This document shows, in pieces, positions 40,984-53,609 of a stretch of 64,000 bases of DNA. Position numbers and translations under genes: made by a program. The notes beneath the pieces are model-generated. The model worked only from the letters and a program-made list of their open reading frames with translations, did not search any database and was not told the origin of the DNA. Location of the stretch: assembly GCA_002269645.1 (NCBI GenBank), contig NIVC01003297.1, positions 41,767 to 105,766 on the forward strand, given 5' to 3'. The number at the start of each line of letters is the position of its first letter. Position 1 is the stretch's first letter. The DNA comes from Macrostomum lignano (lineage: Eukaryota).

Positions 40984-42933
40984 TCACGGTCCCATTCGCC
41001 TTGAGCGGGAAATGGAATCCCCTGACTCGGGTCCAGAAGCAGCAGTTGAAGTTCGCTTTCTCGCCCGTGTCTCCTCCCTGGCCAGCTGATTGAGATGGTC
41101 TCGTACAGACTTCCAGATTTCGTGGAAGTCGTAGCCAGATGTTCGATAGCACAATTGAAGCAAACCTGAAAATTCACGAGTATAGTAAAATATTTTTACA
41201 ATAGACATTGTGTACTGTGTTTATAGTAGAAATAGGCTAAATTTAAAAGGAAGTTGATTTATGATGCTAATCATTAAATAGGTCAATGGGATGTATTGAA
41301 CTTTAGAACTATTTTTCCTCAATTTCTTTTATCTCAGACCTAAATGTGTTTTTTTAGAAAATATCCCAAGTATTGGATTCAGATCATTTAGCATTAATTA
41401 GCCTAAATTGCTTTATAATAAAAAAATTGCACAAAACTGTGAAAAAATTATATATATATATTTACGTTGAAACTCTGTCACATGCTCAGATGGAGCAGGC
41501 CTTCGGGAACTGCGAGCACCACAGGATGAATCGATTATATGCTCAAGCAAGTAGCCTTCGCCAAATCGCAGCTTGATATACCTTCGGAGGAACACCTTAG
41601 GATCGTTGCAAAGAATTGAAGACAGCTCAGCTAGGGAACCATCAATGCACCTAAATTCCTAAAAAATGTTATTATATAGTAGAACTTTTATACTACAGAC
41701 GTGATGCTGCTGATGCTAAGAAAAAACTGACATACCTCATTTTGGTATTCTTTAATTGTTAGCATTCCACCAAAGTTGTCATCCTTTTTTAAAAGTCGGC
41801 ATATCCTTGCAGCAAGACGCTTCTCAAGAGAAAGCAACTCGGATTGAATGAACAGTTTTAGATCTAGAGTAAGATATATGCTCATATATAAAAATATGGT
41901 GATTTTGATTTTTAATAATGTGATTGTATCATATTAAAAAAATAAAATTATACCTTTCATTGTTGCATCCGATTCACTGTTTACTATCTGTACCCCTCGG
42001 AGGGGTTGCACTTCTTGAATTGCACCTAGTGATAAAAAAGGCTTATTGCTACAAAAATATTGACTCATTTGGTATTTGGTTTTCAATTAGGTGTAATAGA
42101 ATATACAAACTTGATTCCAAGAGGCCTGTGGCACGAGCTTGCTCATTTTCAACCAAAGATGCCTCTCTCTCAAATGCAGAAATGGCTTTTTCTAAAAAAT
42201 AATAATTAATCAAATAATACAACAAAAAAACAAATTGCAAACAATTAATAGTTCATATATATTGCAGTTTTACCCATTGATTGAGTAGCTGGTATCGCCA
42301 AATTTGGTTCGCCACTTTCACTATCCACTTCATAAAGCTCGTCAAGTAGTCCATGCTGATGACAACTAGAACTTGAAGCAACCTGCTTTGAACTAGATGA
42401 CCTTATTGTCCTTACATTTGCAATGCCAGCTTGGGGATCTTTCATTGCAAAAAGCTCAATAGCTTGGCTAATCAATGAATCAGTATTTTCAGCCTCACTA
42501 ACCAAGTTGGAAAGTTGGTTCATAGTTGAAGCCATTTGCCTTTCACTACCTTTTGCCACAAGTGTAGCAGAAAATAGTTTGCCATACATGCGTAAAAAGA
42601 CTTTAGTCCCCTAAAATATAATTTAATAAAGTAATATTACATTTGTAGTTGGAATAATTTGTTTTAGAAACCATGTACTCAATAACAAAATATTATGCAT
42701 ATAAATCCAACTTAAAATCTTACTTGTGCAAGTTCCAACTTTTCATCATTAGTTATTGTACTTGGCCAATAGGGAGACCCAAATGCAATGGTCACATATT
42801 GCTCATCATGGCCAACATTGTGAAGAATAAAGCAGAAAAACAATGCTGAATTGTCATTTCCAAATTTAGAAGTACTTTTTGTCTGCTTTCGAAGAGGCCT
42901 AGAATTAGATGCACTTAATCCAATATCATCCAT
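40984..42933 (-). CDS. CACTA accessory protein (~400 aa, 7 exons) with probable C-terminal BEN/DUF4806-like domain
   Basis: Exons 42933-42724, 42610-42274, 42191-42111, 42025-41954, 41863-41736, 41658-41466 and 41165-40984. All introns are GT-AG, phases are consistent, and the total is 1203 nt. The C-terminus is KVFLRRYIKLRFGEGYLL..CYRTSGYDFHEIWKSVRDHLNQLAREETRARKR. Confidence 0.72.
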
Positions 42934-43795
42934 AACAATTTGTTCTGAAAAAGTTTCACAAGGAGATAAGGTTTGAAGAATCAATCAAGAGGCCAATGAC
43001 AAACCAATTAGAATTGTATATAAAAAAAATTTAATGTAGGGACCCTAGGCCCCTATGATTTTAAATAAAAATTATAATATAAGGCCTAGGCCCTATATAT
43101 AGGCCTATAATTATAAAGTTGTGCCATTGTGGATTTTCTGATACAAAGTAGACAATATTAGGCCTAATTGGGCCTAGTCTAGTCTAGTTTTGATTATAGA
43201 CTGTATATTAGATACAAAGGACATGAAAGGTCTCGAAATTAAGTACCAATTACCATAATATACTATTATTTTTTATTATTTTGAAACTGTCAGCCTACCA
43301 TGTGATTTTTATCATTAGGCTATGGCCTAGGTCTAGGATGCCACTTTAGACTAGGCCTTTGGCTTTGGTTAGGCCAACCTATCATTATAAAAATGCAGCA
43401 AAATATCATTCAAAAATATACATCTAACCCCTATAGGTTATCTTTGCATCCCAAATATAATATATAATAGGGTTTCTATTTTCTAATATATCTACAAATA
43501 CAATTTTCACTGAAGGAGTGAAGATCAAAATTAGCATGTCAAAAAACCTTACAAGCCACCGAATTTTAAAACTAGTTAATGAAGACAAAGTCTTTTCGCC
43601 CCAGTGAGCTTTGGGGTTGGAATTTTATAATACCTAGTCAAGTGTTGTATCGATTATTTAAAGACTTTCAAGGCATTATTAACGCTGATGCTCCTAATAT
43701 TTTGCGTCGTGTCATACATAAAGTTAGCCTAATAGATAAAGTAGGGCGAGAGTTGTAAAATGTCTCTAACGTCAAATGATTTATAGGAAGGGAAT

Positions 43796-44577
43796 TAGGG
43801 ATGTCGATTCCCCAGGGAATTATCTTATCGGGGACCCCGGTGAAAAGAAAAAATAAGTAAAAACGGCGGATCACTTAAATTGTAAGTGGAATTTTTTAAA
43901 CTTTGATTTAAGCTTTGTACTACATGTTCAAGGCGCAGGGGTAAAAATTTTAAACAATGTTTTTTTAAACTGTATTTGACAATGTGGCATCACGAAATCG
44001 TGCGCGCACCTTTATCGGAAAAGTGCATTTGTTGGAATGCATGCTAAACAGCTACGCTCGTGAGAGGATAATTAATGAATGAGACTGTTTTTATAATCGG
44101 AATTTTATTTCTTGCATATATATGTAAATCACCATTTTGTCCTTGTCTAATAGGGAGTATATGTATGACACCCCCCTATGCGTCAGTGCCTGACGCATGA
44201 CGCAGCGCTGCGCCTGCGTCAAGCCGTCAACGCAGACCAGCACAGCAGTCACTAGTCAGTAAGGCTTCTTTTTCCTGACGGGTTTCTTTTCTACGTGCAA
44301 TTTGCTTGATTGAATGACTTATTAGTGAAAAAACAATCAAACGTGTGTTGTGTTTCAAATTATACATGTAATGCATTGAAATAAGCAATTATGCGGTAAA
44401 AGAGCATAGACAGAGTTTCAATCAGCTTTCTGTGAATCAGTTTCTTATTTTAATGGCAAAAATTAAGTTACAAATGCATTTTTTCATATTTTTTCTCCCC
44501 AGGGTCCCCGGTTAAATTCCCCGGAGAGTATTCCCCGACAAGCTCCCCGGGGAGCACTCCCGGGGTCAACATCCCTA
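43796..44577. mobile_element. hAT-like MITE nested in the CACTA element
   Basis: TIR TAGGGATGTYGA / TCAACATCCCTA with longer imperfect subterminal inverted CCCCGG/GGGGACC blocks. GAAGGGAA lies on both sides (43787-43794 with one extra T; 44578-44585). Confidence 0.65.
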
Positions 44578-46754
44578 GAAGGGAAACTACGAGCATAAGT
44601 TCTGCAACACATATACAAGTAGCTAAGCATTAATAGACGCACTGCACCGATAAAATGTAATGGAATTGCTCGAATCACCGACACCAAGACCCATAAAACT
44701 GGAGAAACTGGCAGGATATAGTAGATACATGTAGGTCAGAATCAGAAGTGATCATGGGTGGGTGGGTCAAGTGATCATGGGTTCGACCTCGATTGTATTA
44801 TTCCTTCTTAATCTTATGCAATTAATTGTAAATTAGGTATGAAGTAACAGTAATTATCCTTGACCATGCTAGAGTAAAGACAAGTCAAAGTCAAGTTAAT
44901 AAAAATAGACACACAGTGTAACAATAACAATGGTTTTTAGAGCCATTTTTCTTGTCTGTGTTTGTCTTTGTACATACATGTACATTTGGGAAGACTTATC
45001 TGGACCCAATCCCTTCTTATTCTACATGTACGCTGTTTTGGGTATGGGGGTTAGAGTTGGGCCGTCTGACACCCCCTCCCCCCCTACCATAGTGGACTGG
45101 AGAGAAAGAAGCACATGCTATCGCTATTGGCTAGCCTGTCGTTCTCTTTTTCTTTACCTTCTGTCTTGTGTAGCGTACACTATCCAATGCACAAGGCCCA
45201 ACTTTCCACTAAAGGAAGGTTCATATAGTCCGCCCATGGGCTTCCTCTTGCTTTCGCGTACACTCAAGGCCACTCACTCTCAACACCAGCCACTAGAGGC
45301 TTGTTTTAAATAATCGATCGATAATATTAAATGTACACTTGAAAGCTTGCTTTGGATCCTAGCAGAAGGGGGAGAAAGTGGCCAAGGCCACCACACCCCA
45401 CAAGGCAGGCAGGCCGGCCCGAGTGCGATAACGAATGACAAAAAAATAGAAAAGTACAATTTACACATCAACTTTCAATACAATAAATACAATAATAGGT
45501 ACGGTATTAATGACAGTGTATTTTCGCACAAAGTAGCTACGTTCAAACCACCAGCACGTAAACAGCTAAAATTTCACTGTTTATGAAATTTTATAAAATT
45601 TAACACATCATTTTAGATATTGAAAACTTTTAAAGGAGGGTATTACTGTTGCATGTGACTATAAAATCGTGGTAGGTATAGCTGATGATGAAACTGGTGA
45701 TTGGTATCTAGCTTTTTTGATAACTTAGCCGGTTAGACCCCGAAATAGCTATTGTAATTTGTAACGCTGGAGCCAAATACAAATACAATGGAGCAATTAG
45801 TTTCTCTCAAATCTGTCTCTGCCAGTGCCAGTTTAGTCCATAGTAAGTAACCAAAGTAAAATACCCATTAGTGGTCCCGTTTCTAATGTTTATAAATATT
45901 AAGCTTCAGTTTACTTTTGGCACAGTATGCAATTTTGAAAATTCACCCTAATAACGGTTTGCACCAGCAGGAAAGCAACTATTTTGTTGTTGGAAATCGG
46001 ATTAAGCAGTCAAAAGAGTGTATTTCTATGAAAAAAGGTACTTTTTTCCATTTTTTCAAATATTTAAACAGGTTTCGCTCTTTCAATAAAAAAATCATCG
46101 CAGTACCTTAAAGTACAGTTAGTTTGGAATTAGATGACGGCGTTGAATTGTTTCTTCCATATTCCAAAAATTATAATGAGCACTTTTCCTCAAATCAGTT
46201 TGAGATCATGATTTTTAGTCTTTCGTCGATAACTTTCTGATTTCAAATGTTTAAGAATTGAAAACTTCCACACTTGTGTATCTTTGAATTGCGCATCAAT
46301 TGGTGCATAGTATGTATGCTTAACTATTAGCAGTATAGAAAAAAATGCAAAAAACTGTAAAAGTACATTTTCAATTTTTGCATTTTTTGCAACCAAAGTG
46401 CCAACTTTTTGATACAATTGAAAAAAAACAACCCAATAATGTTATGCATCTTAGTAAGGCGCACCTATAACCCTCGAACATTTTTAGCTCGAGTTTTAAT
46501 GTGCATGAGGAAATGCACTTTTGTAAAGACATAATCTTAAGACAAACATTTCAACTGAAGCCTGTTCCTTTTCTCCGCAGTGAATCCATACAAAACTATA
46601 CTCGTTAAATAGATCAGATTCTTCTCTTTAAAATGACACCTCACTTGTGAAATTCGCACTTGTAGTTTTGAAGTTACAGCAGTTTTTGTGAGATTTTTCT
46701 TGTCATTTTTTCGATGCACACGTCTCATATTATTATATTCGTCACAAGCCAGAC

Positions 46755-46905
46755 CACCCAATGCGCTTCGCATTGGCTGGCTGTTTGTTCCTCATGCTCG
46801 GCACTTTGTGCCTCGCGCGTTCGCTCCGCTCACCCCACAAACCCAAGGACACGCGCTTTGCGCGTGTCCTTGGGTTTGTGGGTTTCGCGGAGCTCACTGG
46901 GAACT
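46755..46905. other. Cluster of DNA hairpins including a perfect 23-bp stem
   Basis: CCCACAAACCCAAGGACACGCGC-TTT-GCGCGTGTCCTTGGGTTTGTGGG (46834-46882) and CCAATGCG-CTT-CGCATTGG (46758-46776). Confidence 0.9.
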
Positions 46906-47968
46906 AGCTACCAAAAGTGGAACTGGAAGTATATAGCTAAGAAAAAACATAAACATAAACATAGCACATAGTGACACATAATGAAATGATGACAACATGC
47001 AAGAGTGACAGAGTCCTCTTAGAAAGGAAAAATAGGCCTAGTAATTTATGTTTATGGGAAGTTAAGTCCGTAATTAACTAAACCGAAACAAAATGGCCAA
47101 CAAAATTGCTGGTAATATATTCAAAGCAATTTGTAGGTGAAGATTTTAACAAATTTATTAAACTATTTTTTGTATTTACAATTTCGCTTTTATTAAATAT
47201 ATTTAAAACTTTATTAGATATACATAAAATAGCCTGAAATTTTTTATAAGCTTAGTTATTTATTTTCCCGTATGAACTCCCTGACATGGATGATTTTACC
47301 ATGGAAAGTTTTAAAAATCCATGCATGAAAATACCATGAACATGCATGATTTATCAATGGATCATGGATCATAGATGATTTATCCATGATAAGAGAGTAG
47401 GGTCCTATCAAAAGCAAAAACAAATTTTGTGCTGAAAAATTAAAACCTCCTATCTCTGTAGTGTATTTTTGGCGAAAAGTTACCTTCAAAACATTTACCA
47501 TAGATTTCGAGTGTTGCGTCCTATATGTTACTTTGAGTAGTCCTTGGCCCGTAGCTGCCTACCGTTGTACTGTGGTAGTGGGACTAGCTGATACTTTGTG
47601 TTTCTGTTTGGGGCGTCTATTTGAATGGCTCTTTGCATCTGCCGAAGTTTTTTGTACATGTATCTACCCGTCGAGTGCATGGCCCCACTCGTAGCCGAGT
47701 TTTTACGAATTCCAATAGATGGTCCTTTATACTGTGCCACGCAAGCTCCGCGTTTTACTGTGCCAACAGCGCGGTGGTCACGCTGTTGGTCCCGCGGAGG
47801 GCCGAGGCTAAAATTCCGCCACGGATGGACCATGCGATGGACCATGTCCTGCAGGATCAATTTTTTCCTTTTGACTTCTAATATACATCATGTGGTAAGC
47901 AGGCTCTATTAATGTACATATTCTTTCTCATTTTCTCAGTTTTTTATCTTAATTTGTATTTTAATACC

Positions 47969-49806
47969 ACTGCACAGGCCATGCAGTCATTATATTTGCA
48001 GAGCCATTTTATTTGCGCACTGGAGCCTCCTGTACACGTCGGCAGACGACCGCAGCCGGGGCGGTGTCGGCGTGCAGATCGGACCGCGCCTTCGGCAGAG
48101 CGTGCACTGCGCTTCGCTGTCCCCGCGACTGATGCGGGTCGACCAGCGCCTGCGCGCCTTCTGCATCCGGCTGTTCTGTGCGTATGCACCCACCGCTGCT
48201 CACCCCGAGGAGGCTCGTGCCTTCTTCGACTTCCTGGCTGGGCAGCTGGAAGAGGTGCCAAACCGCGACACGCTGGCGGTGCTCGGAGACCTGAACGCAG
48301 TTCCGCGGCGGTCCGAGTGCTCACCCTTTGTCGCGGGACGCGAGAACAAAGGTTTCATGAACCGCGTGCTCGCCGGCGCTTCTGCGACCACTGAGTGGAC
48401 CGTCGAGCACATCGTGCCGATCCCGAAGAAGGCAGGGACAACGCGGAAAGAAGACCACCGCGGGATCTCACTGATGTCCTGCACCACGAAGCTCTTCAAC
48501 CGGCTGCTGCTCGATCGTCTGCAGTCGGTGCTGGACGGCCATAGCTGCGGTACGAGCAGAACGGATTCCGGCCGCAACGCGGCACAGTGACACGACACAG
48601 ATCCTTGCACTCCGCCGCGCCGTGTCATCGAAGAGGCGCGCATCCGCCAGTCTACGCTGATCACATTGTCTTCGTTGACTTTCGAAAGGCGTTTGACTCG
48701 GTGTTGAGAGCCGCGCTCCCCTTTGTCCTTCGAGCCTACCGGGGTACCCCAGTAGCTAATCGACGCTGTCATGGCGCTGTATCGCGACACTCAAGCTGCT
48801 GTGGTGACGGCGGACGGCTTGATACTTCATTAGGAGTTCTGCAGGGCGATACGCTGGCGCCGTTTCTCTTCGTGTTGCTGCTGGACTGGGTGCTTTGGAC
48901 CGCACTCCCCTCGGCTGACGACGGCTTCCTGCTACGCAGACGCATCGGTCACCGCCACGGCGAAAAGAGCCTGAGCGTGCTTGGCTACGCCGACGACCTC
49001 GCCTTCCTGTCCTCGTCCGTTGAAGGCGCCCAGCGCCAGATCGACAGGTTGGTCGAGGTGGCATCGAGCATCGGACTGGTTGTCAACACGCTGAAGACCG
49101 AGATGCTGACTGTGCCGGCCGACATCCCAGCGGACCTGACATGCCGCGGCAGAAGGGCAGACGACCACGCTTGCACGCTGCCAGCGGTTCGCCTACCTTG
49201 GCGGTCTGGTACCCCACGTGGACGAAGACCTCCGGCAGAGAACTTGCCTGGGCTGATCCGGAAAAAGAACTTGATCCGGGCCGTCGTCCAGTCCGAAGCG
49301 CTGCGCCCGACCGTCAGAGGGCTCGGCTGTGGCAGGCGCGCGGTGGTCGAAACCATCCTGCTCTACGGTCGTACAACGCCGAGACGTGGACGCTGATGGC
49401 TACGCTGGAGCGGCAGCTGGACTCGGTGCACTCAGGGCTGCTCCATGCGGCCTTTCGAGCTGATAAGAGCTTCGGGACCGAGGCCCGTACGATCGGGCCA
49501 AGCTGCAGCGCCCGTCATCATCCTGCGCCGGCGGCGACTACAACTGGCGGGCCACGTGATCCGGGCCGAAGGCTACTGCCCCCAATCTGTTCAGGACATC
49601 CTGCTGCTCACGCTGCAGGGCCCACTCAGGCGGGCTCAAGCCCAAACCCGTCGATACGTGGACTGCCTCCTACGCGACGCCGGGGCGCCCGACACTGCCA
49701 ACGGGGCGGACTTCGTCCGCTCTCAGGCTCTGCGGCGCGCCATCTGACGCACCCTGCTTTGTGACTTTGCTTGCGGGGCTGCGTAATTTGTTGTTGTTGT
49801 TTGTTG
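47969..49806 (+). mobile_element. 5'-truncated, internally deleted RTE-clade non-LTR retrotransposon (pseudogenised)
   Basis: APE fragment (GGVGVQ, CAYAPT, LGDLNA), then RT motifs (IVPIPKK..HRGISL, FVDFRKAFDSV, GVLQGDTLAPFLF, GYADDL) and RRRRLQLAGHVIR. Frameshifts are present. (TTG)n tail at ~49789-49806; candidate TSD TTTAATACC (47960-47968, 49807-49815). Confidence 0.88.
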
Positions 49807-50899
49807 TTTAATACCTTTAATTATTTTTCACTCCTTAATGATCTCATCTCAACTTTCACTTTTCCCACAATACTTAACTTCTGCTAAGCGCTAGCGCGAC
49901 CCCGCAACCGCGGCACTGCCGAACATCAAATGGAAGTCGCGTATGATAAATATGCATACATTTGATGGGTTTCGACCTTCCGGCCCCCTTGTGGGGGAGC
50001 CTTTGGGCCTTGGGTCTCAGAAATAAATCAATTAGAGTCCTGGCCCCCCACTCCTGTCAGATGGTCAGCCCCATGGTAGCTTGATCGTGTGGCGAGCAGC
50101 CTAGGTCCTATAGCTAAGAGAGGGACAGCGAGAGACAAGCAGGGAGAATTTTGAAAGTAGAAATTAGTTAATCCGCAGATTAGCTAACTCGCTGCCACCA
50201 GCCCGTGCGTCCAGGCTCACCACACCGGGACTCTCGAAATCGGGCTTCCGACTAGAAGGTGCACTTACCTGCCAACTAGTGTCTTTTTGCTGTCAATCTC
50301 GAAGTCATAGCCGATGATAAGGGACACTGCTGGGACTAGATCGCATTGGCCATGCAGGTACAGAGGGGACTTGTGCAGGGGATCCTTGCGGTGGCGAGTC
50401 TATGGGGTAGCTACATGTACTATTACATTGCTAAATACGAAGATATGTACTTTTGGCCTTCAACGCGCCAACTAGCCTCTCATAGCGCTGATGATAGGCT
50501 AACTCGAACTTCAGAAACCGCATGATTCATTACCCGAGCCGCTTGGCGAATCTAGAGTGCACAGAGTACATCTCTGGAGCCGATTCTGCACTATTGGCAA
50601 TTTCGCTAACTGATTTGATAGATTGATCGACTGAGAATTGCCTTGCCATTGGTCTACTGTGACCGGCGCCTATACTAGCTTAGCTATTCATCCGAGCCAT
50701 CGGCGAACAAAGAAATAAAACCGATAAAAATAACTGTCAGATTTAACCTTCTCCTCAGATCACTTCACACTTCAGATTGAATTGGAGTTTTAGACTACTA
50801 TAGCAGTATTATTGAATGACTTCTGCCTCAGCAACAGCACTACTGAACAAAAAGAGCAAAAGTGTGCGCCTAATCCATGCAGCTACTGAACAGGGGACA

Positions 50900-51450
50900 G
50901 ATAAGGAATCACCCAATCAAGCAAGTCTAGGCAGCCTCTCACCCAACCAATCAGAAACTCAACGGCCGGAGACCAGGTAATCCACAGTGACCGAATCGGC
51001 TTAGTGCTTCGCAGCTGTAGACCCGGGATGGTGCTGATGTCACGGTCTTCGCAGATAGCTAGCAGGTGATGCTCTTAACTTTGATGTTCGCTGCTGATGA
51101 CCGGGGGGACTCGTCCTTGATGATGATGGGGGAGGTCGCAATCCGGGGATCAAGAAACGACGGTCGCGCTCCGGGATGTCTCAAGCTAGGCTAAGGTCCC
51201 AGGAGGAGTTGGTCCAAGCGGGCCAAAAACACCGGTTTAAATAGCCGCCAATTGGACCGCAGTTTGTTATAATGGAACACGTCGATTCTGATTGGCTGAG
51301 CCGATTTGTTAAAATGAGCGCCGAATTTTCTGATTGGCTAAGCTTGTTGCTACCCAGAATCATGTGACCGGGAGATCCTATCAGTTCCCACAGGGTCGTA
51401 AAAACATGACAGGTGCGGCCATAAATCAATCAAAATCGCAACAAAATGAT
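50900..51450 (-). promoter_or_regulatory. LTR-like or promoter-like segment with CCAAT boxes and a TATA-like motif
   Basis: Two CTGATTGGCT motifs (~51290, ~51330) lie upstream, on the minus strand, of TATTTAAA (~51235-51245). No TG..CA ends or PBS were confirmed. Confidence 0.3.
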
Positions 51451-52340
51451 TTATGACTTTTCGCGTAGGATTGACAGAAATTAATGAAAAAATATACACT
51501 ATAGAAAGCTCTTATTAAATAGAAAGTGAAGATAATGAAGAGAAATCACTAATCGCTAATCCCAAAGTACTTTTAGGGGTAAAACGCATAGCTGTCAAAG
51601 CTGTCACACGCTTGAGTGAACACGAACAATAGGCTCTGACCTCATAAATCTTGATGGCCTGTCAAAATGATGAGAAACAAGCTACCGCCCGCATCCTCTC
51701 AGACCATCTGGCGCCCGCCTCAACACTGAGTGAGGCACAGGTGGCTGTCAGACCAGCTTTGAAAGCGATGATTTATGGCCCAAAAAGCTGCGCCTATGTT
51801 ATTATGACTACTAGTATGACCAAACATTATATCTAGTATATAGATTCTATGACAATTTCCAGAAATAGGATAAAAATGCTCATTGCCCACTGTTAGTAGG
51901 CTAGTAAGCTTAGAGCCCATGTGCTAGCGCGGGATTTGGAAAGTGCGTCCTCATCACATTTACATGTAAATAATAAGCCACATTTATTACATGTACGCAG
52001 CTCAGTTCGTTATACCGAAGTCCGTACGTCTTGTCGAGTTCTTCGCGGTGCATGGATCCAGAAATTTTTGTAGGGGCCAAATAAGCAAAAAATGAAAATA
52101 CTTTCCCCGGAACCCCTTAATTACAGTGCATGTATATGCATGCCCAGCCTCAGCAAAAAAGGGGCGCCCCCCCCCCCCTGGATCCGCCGCTGCACTGAAT
52201 TCTTTGCCTGTCGACAGGCAGTCGCTATTAAAAACGACTTTTACAACTCTTCGAAATTGCTTTTTGCTCTGAGAAATACGCGGTAATTTCGGTGATGGCA
52301 GTTTCACGCGACTTACAGTAGTAGACAGTAGTATACAGTA

Positions 52341-52854
52341 TTGACACAATCAATTTTCAACTATTTTGACACAATCGTGTAAAATTTCGAGTCTCAAAGT
52401 CAATCCTGAACGGCGCTATGCACTTTTAAAGTTAGTCTGCTTTTTTCAGCGAGACAGCCACCCCAACCTCCGCCCGCCTGCCTCTCCCGATCTGGGCCCA
52501 GATGTGTAAAAGGGTTTCAAAATTGACTAACTTTCAGCTGCCATAAGTTTGCTCCACGTAAAGCGATTGACTTCAAACTTGACACAATTCTTCATTGACT
52601 CATTCTCTGTCTAAATGTAAAGTTTCAACTCTGTAACTCAACCGAAAAAGAAACTGTAAGCATGTGAAGTTTGTCTGCTTTTTCTGTTGTTTGTGCCACT
52701 CACTCACTCATTCCCCAGAGCCAGACGAAGGGTCAGGCGATAGGGCTCAATGTACATAGCGAATGTACAGTGTTTTGGAATAACTTTATTTATAACCTTC
52801 TCTGCACCCCGAGAGTGGAGAGGCTACGTTTAGCCATAACAGTTTAGTGAGAAA
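52341..52854 (+). mobile_element. Internal fragment of Helitron family A (third copy), cut by the family B insertion
   Basis: Near-identical by eye to 9243-9765 and stops at AGTTTAGTGAGAAA, where copy 1 continues TTCTAACC. Confidence 0.85.
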
Positions 52855-53075
52855 CTAGCAATCTACGCCCCCCGTTGGGGAGCCAAAGAAATGCAATACA
52901 CGTTTTTTTAATAAGCTACATGTATCCTTGAAATCTTAAAAAATCTCCTGTCAAACCTTGTTAGCCTTGACATGTCAGTTATCCCCCCACAAGCTTTAAC
53001 ATATCAACTTCCCCCCTTGACATCTCAGCAATGCCCCCAATAAGCCTTGGAAATCTAAAAATATCTGTCAACCTT

Positions 53076-53120
53076 CTAACCCTAACCCTAGCCTAACCCT
53101 AACCCTAACCCTAACCCTAA
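53076..53120. repeat. Interstitial telomere-like (CCCTAA)n; second copy at 58302-58369
   Basis: Directly visible in both Helitron-B units. Confidence 0.9.
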
Positions 53121-53177
53121 AGCATTGAAATTTCAGTAATTCTCTCTAAGAGTCATTATAGCACTACTACAGCATTA

Positions 53178-53609
53178 CAGGGGCGTAGCCAGAGGGGGGT
53201 CAAGGGGGGCCGTGGCCCCCCCATAATCACCAACTCTGGCCTTGGCGCCCCCCCCTAAAAGAAACTGGCGCCCCCCCCCTAAAAGAAACTGGCGCCCCCC
53301 CTCCTAAAAGAAACTGGCGCCCCCCTAAAAAAAACTGGCGCCCCCCTAAAAGAAACTGGAGCCCCCCTTAAAGAAACTGGCGCCCCCCCCTCCTAAAAGA
53401 AACTGGCGCCCCGTATAAGAAACTGGCGCTCCCCCCCTAAAATAAACTGGCGCCCCCCTAAAAGAAACTGGCGCCCCCTAAAAGAAACTGGCGCCCCCCT
53501 AAAAGAAAATGGCGCCCCCCCTACAAGAAACTGGCGCGCCCCCCTATAAGAAGCTGGCGCCCCCTAACTCAAGGCCCCCCCCCAAACAAAATTCCTGGCT
53601 ACGCCCCTG
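53178..53609. mobile_element. hAT-like MITE (432 bp) with internal ~20-bp tandem repeat
   Basis: Perfect TIR CAGGGGCGTAGCCAG / CTGGCTACGCCCCTG, 8-bp TSD CAGCATTA (53170-53177, 53610-53617), and an empty site in the sister unit at ~58408-58416. Confidence 0.92.

Larger units (their letters stand above)
37414..47402 (-). mobile_element. Full-length CACTA/EnSpm (CMC superfamily) DNA transposon, ~9989 bp
   Basis: Termini CCCTACTCTC..CATGGATAAATCAT (37414) and ATGATTTATCCATG..GAGAGTAGGG (47402). 2-bp TSD TC (37412-37413, 47403-47404). CATGGA/TCCATG subterminal repeats occur at both ends. It encodes a transposase plus an accessory gene. Confidence 0.85.

Noticed and set aside
45630-46115. Kolobok-like element bounded by TTAA
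   Set aside because: TTAA-AGG and CCT-TAA ends are present but the terminal inverted similarity is too weak to call.
51094-51160. Hammerhead-like CTGATGA...GAAAC
   Set aside because: The bases that should close stem II do not pair, and there is no convincing stem III.
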